Origin: a virus
Taxonomy: Duplodnaviria > Caudoviricetes
Reading direction: 5' to 3' (one strand)
DNA: 54,200 nt
IMG/VR virus record: IMGVR_UViG_3300030098_002293
Span: 1 to 54,200 of that record
Shown here: one piece after another, positions 1 through 8,280 of the stretch
Numbering within the stretch: the first letter of the stretch is position 1
How the letters are laid out: each line of letters begins with the position of its first letter
Made by a program: the position numbers and the translations under genes
The notes under the pieces: generated by a model
Told to the model about the DNA's origin: nothing
Database searches by the model: none
The model's input: only the letters and a program-made list of their open reading frames with translations

Positions 1-1281
1 GTTAAATATAGAGATGGTAGAAAAAACTTCAAGCTTTATAAAGGCGCTGAAAAAGTATTTTATAATATCAACAGTATCGTAGGGTATGACACTTGCGTAA
101 TAACTGAAGGTGAAATGGATGTGTTAGCATTACATGAAGCCGGTATTAAGAATGCTATTTCAGTTCCTAACGGAGCTACGTTAAACAATAATAATTTAGA
201 TTACTTAGATAATTGTATTGATTATTTTGATGACAAGACTAGAGTAATATTAGCGGTAGACCAAGATGAGCCTGGTCAAATGTTACAAAAGGAATTAGTA
301 AGAAGACTTGGAGCAGAAGTTTGTTATCTTGTTGATTTCCATGGAGAAAAAGACGCTAATGATTATTTATTAAAGCATGGTGCAGATTCACTTAAGAATG
401 CTATACACAGCGCAAGACCTGTACCGCTAGAGAATGTATCAACATTAAAAGATATAGAAGATGAACTTAAAGATTTTGTTAAGAATGGTTTTAAACCTGG
501 TTTTCAAGTGGGATTATCCAATTTTGATAACATATTTAGTACTTATACTGGTCAGTTTATTACAGTTACAGGTATACCTAGCTCTGGTAAATCTGATTTT
601 GTAGACCAAATGGTAGTTGGTTATAATGCTAACTATGGTTGGAAGACTGCTTTTGCTAGTCCTGAGAACCAACCTACATATCTACACGCCCATAAACTAA
701 TGAGGAAGACATGGCAAGATATGCCATCAGCTGGAGATATAGGTGGTGGAAAATGGAATGAGGTGGCTGACCATGTTAATGATAACTATTTCTTTATTGA
801 TATGGATAAATATAGTTTAGAGTCTGTATTACGTAAAGGTGCTGAACTTGTGAAACGTAAGGGTATTAAATGTCTTGTTATAGACCCATTTAATAAGATT
901 AGAGACACAAACGCAGTATCAGATGATGTAAACCGTTATACAATGGATTATCTAGCTAAAATTGAAACTTTTTGTAAGAAATATGATGTGTTAGTTTTTA
1001 TTGTAGCACACCCAACTAAAATGTATAAAGGAAATGATGGAAAAATTGAAGAGCCTACTATGTATAATATCAAAGGAGGTGGTGAATGGTACGATGCTTC
1101 GTATCATGGACTTTTGGTGCATCGAGATTACGACGCTAAAACCACTAAGGTTAAAGTACTTAAAGTTAAATTCCAAAACCTCGGTGAAAACGGCGCTGAA
1201 TCTCATTTTACTTGGGAACCTCGTTCTGGTAGCTTTATACCTGAGCAAGTTGTAGAGGTTGAAGATATGCCCTGGGAATAA
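1..1281 (+). CDS. DNA primase-helicase (Twinkle/T7 gp4-like), 5'-truncated
   Basis: Frame is open from base 1 (VKYRDGRKNF...VITEGEMD, TOPRIM acidic motif). Also AVDQDEPG, KDAND, Walker A TGIPSSGKS, Walker B LVIDP, VAHPTK and KVKF of an SF4 helicase. Confidence 0.92.
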   Translation, partial: VKYRDGRKNFKLYKGAEKVFYNINSIVGYDTCVITEGEMDVLALHEAGIKNAISVPNGATLNNNNLDYLDNCIDYFDDKTRVILAVDQDEPGQMLQKELVRRLGAEVCYLVDFHGEKDANDYLLKHGADSLKNAIHSARPVPLENVSTLKDIEDELKDFVKNGFKPGFQVGLSNFDNIFSTYTGQFITVTGIPSSGKSDFVDQMVVGYNANYGWKTAFASPENQPTYLHAHKLMRKTWQDMPSAGDIGGGKWNEVADHVNDNYFFIDMDKYSLESVLRKGAELVKRKGIKCLVIDPFNKIRDTNAVSDDVNRYTMDYLAKIETFCKKYDVLVFIVAHPTKMYKGNDGKIEEPTMYNIKGGGEWYDASYHGLLVHRDYDAKTTKVKVLKVKFQNLGENGAESHFTWEPRSGSFIPEQVVEVEDMPWE

Positions 1282-1553
1282 TGGCTTGGAAAAGATGGGA
1301 TAAATCCCCAAGAAAAAGTAATCCAAAAAGGTCATGGAGTCCTGAAGAAATGAAAATGGTTGGATTTGTTATAAGTAAAGGAATTAAAATAGGAATTAGT
1401 CCTGATTTTAAACACAATTTACATCATTGGCAGATAGATATAAAAATTGGTAACGGTAAAGTACATACCGATCCTAATAGATATAGTGATGAAGATGTAC
1501 ACGAGAATGTAATTAAATATTATAAATACTATTATGAAAAATATAGAGACTGA
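1281..1553 (+). CDS. hypothetical protein (90 aa)
   Basis: ATG overlaps the helicase stop (TAATG); basic protein; no recognisable motif. Confidence 0.7.
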   Translation: MAWKRWDKSPRKSNPKRSWSPEEMKMVGFVISKGIKIGISPDFKHNLHHWQIDIKIGNGKVHTDPNRYSDEDVHENVIKYYKYYYEKYRD

Positions 1554-2190
1554 ATTTTGGAATGCTGATGAAGCGTTTAGATATTTTTATAAAACAATAA
1601 GTAAACACGGTAGAAAATTTGCTGATACGAGAGCTTTGTTCAATATAGGTTTTACTATACACAAACCTGAAATGAGAATGATCCCAACAGAGTTTAGAAA
1701 ATGGAATCATGAATATGCCAAAGCTGAATGGCAATGGTATTTATCTGGTGATAAAAATATTAAAAAGCTAGGTGAAATATATGGTAAAGTACCTCCTATA
1801 TGGGAGCGTATGGCAGATGTTAATGGCGACGTTAATTCTAACTATGGTTATCAATGGAAGCGTAACCAACAAATAGATTATATAGTTGGGTTACTTAAAA
1901 CTGAAAAACATACTAGACAAGCAGCAATATCTATATACGATGGTAAGGAATGGGAAAGGTATAAGCACGATACACCATGTACTTATGCTGTTCAATTCAC
2001 AAATGTAGAAAATAGATTAAATATGTGCGTAACTATGCGTAGTAATGATTTGTGGTATGGATTTTGTAATGACCAATATCAATTCTCTAAATTACAAGAA
2101 TTGGTTTGTAAAAGAACAGGACTAGACATGGGTAGTTATTTCCACTTTGCACACAACTTACATATTTACTCAAATAAATTAGGATTATGA
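1534..2190 (+). CDS. thymidylate synthase-superfamily enzyme, dCMP hydroxymethylase-like (T4 gp42 type)
   Basis: AEWQWY, PPIW, VNSNYG, catalytic PCT, MRSNDLWYGFCND and LHIY. Asp sits at the substrate-specificity position. Confidence 0.85.
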   Translation: MKNIETEFWNADEAFRYFYKTISKHGRKFADTRALFNIGFTIHKPEMRMIPTEFRKWNHEYAKAEWQWYLSGDKNIKKLGEIYGKVPPIWERMADVNGDVNSNYGYQWKRNQQIDYIVGLLKTEKHTRQAAISIYDGKEWERYKHDTPCTYAVQFTNVENRLNMCVTMRSNDLWYGFCNDQYQFSKLQELVCKRTGLDMGSYFHFAHNLHIYSNKLGL

Positions 2191-3053
2191 CATATTACTT
2201 ATATCACATACCAGGAAAGAAAATCGGAGTAACTCGTGATTTAAAAGAAAGAGTTGAACGTCAACAAGGTTATGAACCAGGTGAATATGGAGTGTTAACT
2301 CAAACAGATGATATTGATTTAATATCAAGACTTGAATTAAAACTACAAGAAGCTTATGGTTATAGAGTTGATGAGGTACCTTATAATAAACTTAAATTTA
2401 ATAATAACAATATGAATATAAATATAACAGAAATGACGACAACGTTTCCCTGTCCAGTCAATAAACTAAAAGGACAACTTATGGATAATAAAGGAATGTC
2501 TTGGGAAACAGATCACGGAAGTTGTGTTATAACAGATAAATCTATTGGGTGGATAATGGATAACGTTAAGACATCTCAATATACTCAAGATAGATGTTAT
2601 ATATACAACAAAGCTTTTGCTAGATGGTTTGATAATAATAATGCTTATAATAATATGTTTGACAATGCTAAACAAATGAATGAAGTTGAAGCTAAAAGAA
2701 ATGGTACTTTAACTGGAGCTTTAGCACCAACAGGTATTAGACAAAATGGTATTGAAATACCACAAACTCATTTTGACTTAATTAGAAAATGGGCTAGCAA
2801 AAGAGGTTTATATAAAAAGGGAGATCCTAAAACACAAGCGCTAAAACTAGTTGAAGAAGTTGGTGAAACATGTAGAGCTATATTAAAAGGCAATCAAAAA
2901 GATATCGAAGATGGTATAGGTGATGCTGTAGTTGTATTAACTAATTTAGCCCATTTATGCAATACAGATATAGAGCATTGTATTGAATTAGCTTATAACG
3001 AAATAAAAGATAGAACAGGTAAAATGGATAACGGAACATTTAAAAAAGATTAA
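2187..3053 (+). CDS. GIY-YIG-like N-terminal domain fused to C-terminal MazG-like NTP pyrophosphohydrolase
   Basis: N-term YYLYH..KKIGVTRDLKER..LE; C-term KLVEEVGE...IEDGIGDAVVVL...AYNEIKDRTG (MazG EExxE/D motif). Confidence 0.8.
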   Translation: MTYYLYHIPGKKIGVTRDLKERVERQQGYEPGEYGVLTQTDDIDLISRLELKLQEAYGYRVDEVPYNKLKFNNNNMNINITEMTTTFPCPVNKLKGQLMDNKGMSWETDHGSCVITDKSIGWIMDNVKTSQYTQDRCYIYNKAFARWFDNNNAYNNMFDNAKQMNEVEAKRNGTLTGALAPTGIRQNGIEIPQTHFDLIRKWASKRGLYKKGDPKTQALKLVEEVGETCRAILKGNQKDIEDGIGDAVVVLTNLAHLCNTDIEHCIELAYNEIKDRTGKMDNGTFKKD

Positions 3054-3055
3054 TT

Positions 3056-3367
3056 ATGTCAAGTAGAGAAATATATGATGCTAAAAATGGAATAGCTATA
3101 AGAAAATCTTATGGTTTTAGAGACCCAGTTGTTAAAAATGTGGTCGATAAGTTTGTTGATCGTTCTGATGTTGGTTTTGCTAAATACGAACAAACGTTAG
3201 ATGATGAACGTAGACTTAAAATGAAAGGTCTTCAAAAGTATTTAAACGATATTCAAGAAGAGTTAATGGACGCTGTGCTATACATACAAGCAGCACGTGA
3301 CGAACTTCAAGATTTATCTGAAGAAGCTTTGATTGATAAAATCAAATATGATGAGGAAGAAATATAA
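3056..3367 (+). CDS. phage protein, probable all-alpha NTP pyrophosphatase-like fold
   Basis: RSDVGFAKY..TL and IQEELMDAVLY acidic helix motif. Confidence 0.55.
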   Translation: MSSREIYDAKNGIAIRKSYGFRDPVVKNVVDKFVDRSDVGFAKYEQTLDDERRLKMKGLQKYLNDIQEELMDAVLYIQAARDELQDLSEEALIDKIKYDEEEI

Positions 3368-3797
3368 AAGAAAAAAGGGTCCTGTCAGAAGTAAGAAAGT
3401 TACTTTTGATGGGATTCAGTTCGCATCTGGTTTAGAAAAATATATGTATATAGCTTTAAAGAAAGCTAAAATAAAAGCTAAATATGAAGGGGCTACATTT
3501 GTACTGCAAGAAGATTTTAAGTTTGACATAGATTCTTATGAACGACAAGCTAACGGAAAAGGTGATATGGTTAATAGAGGGCAAAAAAAGATACAAAATA
3601 TTAAATACACACCTGATTTCGTAAGTGATTCATTTATAATAGAATGCAAGGGTAGAGCAAATGAATCTTTCCCAATTCGTTGGAAAATGTTTAAAAAATA
3701 TGTAAAAGAACATTTAAAACATGTAACTCTATATAAGCCTCAGAACCAAAAAGAATGCGATCAAGTAATTGAATTAATAACTAAAAAAATTAAATAA
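3348..3797 (+). CDS. T7 endonuclease I-like PD-(D/E)xK nuclease / Holliday junction resolvase
   Basis: FASGLE, YTPDF and IIECKG motifs; ATG at 3348/3351 preferred over the TTG at 3333. Confidence 0.82.
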   Translation: MMRKKYKRKKGPVRSKKVTFDGIQFASGLEKYMYIALKKAKIKAKYEGATFVLQEDFKFDIDSYERQANGKGDMVNRGQKKIQNIKYTPDFVSDSFIIECKGRANESFPIRWKMFKKYVKEHLKHVTLYKPQNQKECDQVIELITKKIK

Positions 3798-3798
3798 A

Positions 3799-3930
3799 AT
3801 GAAAGATTGGGAATTCAGTGTAGGGTTCTACCCGGGGATACTATTCGGATTTAGAACTTACACAGAGGTTAATAAAAGAAACCATGTAGTCTATTTACCG
3901 TTTGTAGATTTTTGTATAACTTTAAAATAG
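3799..3930 (+). CDS. small hypothetical protein (43 aa, MKDWEFSVGFYPGILFG...)
   Basis: Not in the ORF track. ATG follows an A-rich leader, TAG at 3928-3930, and the ORF fills the gap between the resolvase and RNR. Confidence 0.6.
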   Translation: MKDWEFSVGFYPGILFGFRTYTEVNKRNHVVYLPFVDFCITLK

Positions 3931-3935
3931 AATAT

Positions 3936-5798
3936 ATGAGTTTAAATAATAAAATACTATCTGATATAACAGTGCACATGAAGTATGCTAAGTATATCCC
4001 AGAATTACAAAGAAGAGAAACTTGGGAAGAATTAGTTACTCGTAATAAAGAAATGCACAAGCGTAGATACCCTGAATTAATAGATGATATAGAAACGTTT
4101 TATAGATACGTTTATAAAAAGAAAGTTTTACCATCTATGAGAAGTTTACAATTTGGAGGTAAACCCATTGAAATTTCACCTAATAGACTTTATAACTGCG
4201 CTTTTTTACCTATTGACCATATTGATGCTTTTCCTGAAGTAATGTTTTTATTACTATCAGGATGTGGTGTTGGTTATTCTGTACAACAACACAATATAAA
4301 AAAGCTTCCTGAGGTCATAAAGCCTCACAGCAAAAGAACAAGAAGGTTTGTAATAGGAGACTCAATAGAAGGATGGTCAGATGCAATAAAAGTTTTAATC
4401 AAGTCTTATTTGGGCTCTAAGAGATCATCTAAGATCAAATTTGATTATTCTGATATTAGACCTAAGGGAGCACGTCTCGTGACCTCTGGAGGAAAGGCAC
4501 CTGGACCGCAACCACTAAAAGAATGTATTGTAAAAATTAAAGGAATATTAGAAAATAAAGAAGATGGGGAAAAATTATCGTCAGTGGAAGTCCACGATAT
4601 TATATGCCATATTGCCGACGCAGTATTGGCAGGCGGTATCAGGCGCGCAGCACTTATATCGCTCTTTTCGGCTTATGATGAAGAAATGATAGCGTGCAAG
4701 TCTGGTTCTTGGTGGGAAACAAACCCACAAAGAGGTAGAGCAAATAATTCAGCTGTTTTAATGAGACATAAAGTTACTAAAGATTTCTTTATGAATTTAT
4801 GGAAACGAATTGAATTATCTGGATCTGGCGAACCAGGAATATATTTAAATAATGATAAAGATTGGGGGACTAATCCTTGTTGTGAAATAGCATTACGTCC
4901 ATTCCAATTTTGTAACCTATGCGAAGTAAATGTTTCAGATGTAGAAACTCAAGAGGAGTTAAATAACAGAGTCACTGCAGCTGCTTTTATAGGAACATTA
5001 CAAGCTGGTTACACTGACTTTCATTATCTAAGAGAAGTTTGGCAAGAGACCACTGAAAAAGATGCTCTTATAGGAGTGTCAATGACAGGTATAGCCTCTG
5101 GTAAAGTTCTTGAGTTAGATATGAAAGAAGCTGCTAAGCAAGTAAAAATAATTAATACAACCGTAGCTAAATCTATAGGTATTAATAAAGCTGCTAGATG
5201 TACAACTGTAAAACCAGCTGGAACAACTAGCTTGGTATTAGGGACTAGCTCAGGTATACATGCTTGGCACAATAAATACTATATACGTAGAATTCGTGTA
5301 GGTAAAAATGAAGCAATTTATAGTTATCTTGCTATACACCATCCAGAATTATTAGAGGATGATTTCTTTAGACCACACGATACTGCAATTATTAGTATTC
5401 CACAAGCTTCACCAAAAGGTTCTATAGTTAGAACAGAATCTGCTTTTGATCTTTTAGAAAGAGTTAAAAAAGTAGCTAAACAGTGGGTTAAAGAGGGTCA
5501 CAGAGTTGGGTCTAATACTCATAATGTTTCTGCTACAATATCTTTAAAAGATAATGATTGGGAAAAAGCTGGTGAATGGATGTGGAAAAACAGAGACCAT
5601 TATAACGGACTTTCCGTTTTACCATATGATGGCGGTACATATACTCAAGCTCCATTTGAGGATATAACAAAACGGAAATATAACGAAATGACTAAAACTT
5701 TGCAAGAGGTTAATTTATCAAAAATAGTAGAAGTTGAAGATAATACTGACTTATCTGGTGAATTAGCTTGTGCGGGTGGAAGTTGTGAAGTAACTTAA
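3936..5798 (+). CDS. nrdJ: class II (adenosylcobalamin-dependent) ribonucleotide reductase, monomeric type
   Basis: RETWEE, PSMRSLQFGG, NCAF, GCGVGYSV, GGIRRAALI, TNPCCEI, FCNLCEVN, TTVKPAGT and C-terminal CAGGSC. ATG at 3936. Confidence 0.93.
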   Translation: MSLNNKILSDITVHMKYAKYIPELQRRETWEELVTRNKEMHKRRYPELIDDIETFYRYVYKKKVLPSMRSLQFGGKPIEISPNRLYNCAFLPIDHIDAFPEVMFLLLSGCGVGYSVQQHNIKKLPEVIKPHSKRTRRFVIGDSIEGWSDAIKVLIKSYLGSKRSSKIKFDYSDIRPKGARLVTSGGKAPGPQPLKECIVKIKGILENKEDGEKLSSVEVHDIICHIADAVLAGGIRRAALISLFSAYDEEMIACKSGSWWETNPQRGRANNSAVLMRHKVTKDFFMNLWKRIELSGSGEPGIYLNNDKDWGTNPCCEIALRPFQFCNLCEVNVSDVETQEELNNRVTAAAFIGTLQAGYTDFHYLREVWQETTEKDALIGVSMTGIASGKVLELDMKEAAKQVKIINTTVAKSIGINKAARCTTVKPAGTTSLVLGTSSGIHAWHNKYYIRRIRVGKNEAIYSYLAIHHPELLEDDFFRPHDTAIISIPQASPKGSIVRTESAFDLLERVKKVAKQWVKEGHRVGSNTHNVSATISLKDNDWEKAGEWMWKNRDHYNGLSVLPYDGGTYTQAPFEDITKRKYNEMTKTLQEVNLSKIVEVEDNTDLSGELACAGGSCEVT

Positions 5799-5819
5799 TT
5801 ATTAACTAAAAAAATTATT

Positions 5820-6218
5820 ATGAAAAAAATGTTTTTAACAATGGCATTAGCTTTTGCTACGATGTTTGCTTCTGCTCAATTTATGGTTGTAACAACTATA
5901 GACCAACCAGAAGAAGATGCTAAATGGGAAATGTCAAACATAACAGATAACATGGGAATTGGTTATATGTTTAATGACAAAATGACCGTTGGTATTGTAA
6001 AAAGTGGCGAAGAATATGATTTATGGGGTAGATACCAAATGAAATGGGTTTATCTAGCTATGCAAATGCCTACAGAAGAAATGACTGAAAATATGACTTT
6101 TGGAGTTGGATACTCTTTAAGTATTTGGAACAACTTATATGTTGAACCAAGTTATATGATGTCTATGAAAGAAGATTCTGAGGGTAAGTTTAAGATAGGT
6201 TTATCTTATAAATTCTAA
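5820..6218 (+). CDS. exported small outer-membrane beta-barrel protein
   Basis: Signal peptide MKKMFL...ASA|Q; alternating hydrophobic strands; C-terminal beta-signal KIGLSYKF ending in Phe. Confidence 0.72.
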   Translation: MKKMFLTMALAFATMFASAQFMVVTTIDQPEEDAKWEMSNITDNMGIGYMFNDKMTVGIVKSGEEYDLWGRYQMKWVYLAMQMPTEEMTENMTFGVGYSLSIWNNLYVEPSYMMSMKEDSEGKFKIGLSYKF

Positions 6219-6244
6219 ATTAATGTTTAACTAAAACTTTTAAA

Positions 6245-6385
6245 ATGATAGAAAAATTAAAAGAAAACAAAAAAATAGTTGTTATTGTACTTTTTATTCT
6301 TGGAGCCGCGTTAGCTTGGTGGCAAACAAGAGATGCTGAAGAAAAACCAGTAGAAACAACCGTACAAGAAGAAACTATTAAATAA
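6245..6385 (+). CDS. small single-pass membrane protein (46 aa)
   Basis: Not in the ORF track: MIEKLKENKKIVVIVLFILGAALAWWQTRDAEEKPVETTVQEETIK*. Confidence 0.65.
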   Translation: MIEKLKENKKIVVIVLFILGAALAWWQTRDAEEKPVETTVQEETIK

Positions 6386-6398
6386 TAAATTTAAATAT

Positions 6399-6596
6399 AT
6401 GGAAAATAATAATGTAATCAAATTAATGCAAAACCTAGAAAAAGAATTTATAGCTTCATGTGATGATGCTGAAAGATTTGTTTTAGGTAATAAATCCGCG
6501 GGAACGCGGGTTAGAAAGTATATGCAAAGTATTAAGAAATTAGCTCAAGAAGTTAGAGTTGAAATTCAAGAACAAAAACACGCTGTGTCAGCGTAG
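6399..6596 (+). CDS. histone H1-like (Hc1-family) protein
   Basis: DAERF..GNKSAGTRVRK..Q.IKKLAQEVR motif typical of Bacteroidota Hc1-like proteins. Confidence 0.78.
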   Translation: MENNNVIKLMQNLEKEFIASCDDAERFVLGNKSAGTRVRKYMQSIKKLAQEVRVEIQEQKHAVSA

Positions 6597-6614
6597 TATG
6601 CTATACACTAAATT

Positions 6615-6649
6615 AAAAGGGACCATCGAAAGATGATCCCTTTTTTTTT
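6615..6649. terminator. bidirectional rho-independent terminator between convergent arms
   Basis: AAAA-GGGAcCATC-GAAA-GATGaTCCC-TTTTTTTTT hairpin flanked by A and T tracts at the strand switch. Confidence 0.88.
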
Positions 6650-6980
6650 AAGATATAATAACGTCCACTGTGGGGGTTTGATCTGATACAAGCTTTGTTA
6701 GTTTAATAAATAAACCATGAGTTTTAGGAAAAGATATACATTTTTCTTTTACGAAATCAATATGTAGATTTTCACCTTTAGGTAATAGGTATCCTTTATA
6801 TATATAATAAGTTTTAGCCGCTACACCTCTTTTAGATATAGTACCTACATAGAGATCAACATAAACACCCCAATTTGCATGGGTGTTAGCAATAGAAACA
6901 CCTTTAACACTTATATTTGTTTCAGGTGTTAAAATTTCTGTTGTTAATTCTCCAGATATATTATGTAATAAAGTAGCCAT
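6648..6980 (-). CDS. small beta-rich virion-type protein (possible divergent member of the adjacent paralog array)
   Basis: 110 aa, MAT start, beta-strand-like composition, VSIANTH motif. Confidence 0.6.
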   Translation of the reverse strand: MATLLHNISGELTTEILTPETNISVKGVSIANTHANWGVYVDLYVGTISKRGVAAKTYYIYKGYLLPKGENLHIDFVKEKCISFPKTHGLFIKLTKLVSDQTPTVDVIIS

Positions 6981-6981
6981 T

Positions 6982-7398
6982 TTACTCTACAAATACCATA
7001 TACTCTAACGTCATAATCTCTGCTGTGTTTGGTGCTACAGTTATATTAACGTCAGCAGCATAAGGAATTAACATCCAGTCTCCACCGTATAATTTACCAA
7101 TAGTCTCAGTAGTATCTGCAGCAGCCGCCGAAGCATGCTTAGCTACATAGAAAAAATTACTTTTACTTGAACCTGTATTTCTCATGTATACTTTAGAGGC
7201 TTTTGTATCCGTAAACTCATCTTGTTCTATTACCACTGTTGCTGCCGTGCCAGTAAACTTTTTAGTACGTAGGCCAGATGTTTCTTCTAATCCGGTTGCG
7301 CTACCAAGCTTTTTCATTTCCATGGTCTTGCTAATACTAATAGGAGAACTACTAATTATATCACTACTTATAGTAATGGTTGCGTTTGTTGTTGCCAT
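6982..7398 (-). CDS. paralog-array protein (138 aa), putative virion decoration/fibre-associated
   Basis: VYMRNT...IGKLYGGDWMLIP...TLEY shared with its neighbours. Confidence 0.7.
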   Translation of the reverse strand: MATTNATITISSDIISSSPISISKTMEMKKLGSATGLEETSGLRTKKFTGTAATVVIEQDEFTDTKASKVYMRNTGSSKSNFFYVAKHASAAAADTTETIGKLYGGDWMLIPYAADVNITVAPNTAEIMTLEYMVFVE

Positions 7399-7423
7399 AT
7401 TATTTTTATTTATAAATTAATTA

Positions 7424-7849
7424 TTAAGTTTTAGCAGGTAATGTATAAGTAGACTTAAATATTGCGTATTCATAAGTTACTGTACCACTAGTTTCTGCTT
7501 CAATATTTATTTCTGCATCTGTATCACCCATATTCCAAGGCATCCACATCCATTCACCCGCTCCTAAATTACCTATAAGCGTATCATGTATACCTACTTT
7601 AATATATTGTTCGTTATTTGTTGAAGTATTACACAAATACACCCAATTAGATGTATCTGCTGTACCTAAAGCTTCGTGAAGCGCGTCAGCTGCACTAGCC
7701 TCTGTTAACTTACCTGCACCCATATCTACTAATTCTAAGCCAGTTGTAGTGCCGGTTTGCATTATTTCTGAGCTAGCGTTTATAGCTAAGGCCATTCCAG
7801 GCGTTAAGTCTGCACTAGTAATACTTACCGTTGCTGTTGTTGTTGCCAT
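7424..7849 (-). CDS. paralog-array protein (141 aa)
   Basis: VYLCNT...IGNLGAGEWMWMP...TYEY. Confidence 0.7.
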   Translation of the reverse strand: MATTTATVSITSADLTPGMALAINASSEIMQTGTTTGLELVDMGAGKLTEASAADALHEALGTADTSNWVYLCNTSTNNEQYIKVGIHDTLIGNLGAGEWMWMPWNMGDTDAEINIEAETSGTVTYEYAIFKSTYTLPAKT

Positions 7850-7879
7850 AATTGTTTGTTTTATTTATTAGTTATTTAT

Positions 7880-8269
7880 TTATGCTTTTGTCCAGTAACC
7901 ATATTCTGCTACTATAGTTCCTGATGAAGATTGAAGTTGTACTCCTAATGAATGCCCTCCAACTGGCATCCACATAAACTCTCCAGCAGCTAACTTACCA
8001 ATTACTACGTCTCCTGTTAGTTCTACATTTAACGTAGTGGTAACAGTTGACCCGCTAGCATCTACGCCTGTATGTTTTACATAAACATAATAGGTTTGAC
8101 CATCTGTAGCTGGTTGTATAATATTATTTGCCCCTGTAGTTGATACAGAAGCTTTAGCCATTGCTATATGAGGGGCTGTCACTGACAAATCATCTGTTAC
8201 TGAAAAGTTTAATTCATCATTTGTAGCGTCTGTACTGTAAAGCGTTAATGTTGGTGTTAATGTTGCCAT
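7880..8269 (-). CDS. paralog-array protein (129 aa)
   Basis: VYVKHT...IGKLAAGEFMWMP...VAEY. Confidence 0.7.
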   Translation of the reverse strand: MATLTPTLTLYSTDATNDELNFSVTDDLSVTAPHIAMAKASVSTTGANNIIQPATDGQTYYVYVKHTGVDASGSTVTTTLNVELTGDVVIGKLAAGEFMWMPVGGHSLGVQLQSSSGTIVAEYGYWTKA

Positions 8270-8280
8270 ATTATTTGTTT

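Noticed and set aside
1534-2190. Calling the gene thyA
   Set aside because: It lacks the PFN (Asn) dUMP determinant and has Asp instead, so the symbol was withheld.
991-5272. Short antisense or alternate-frame ORFs in the + arm (e.g. 991-1335, 1034-1255, 1513-1734, 2466-2675, 5024-5272)
   Set aside because: They overlap well-supported genes and have no motifs; shadow ORFs.
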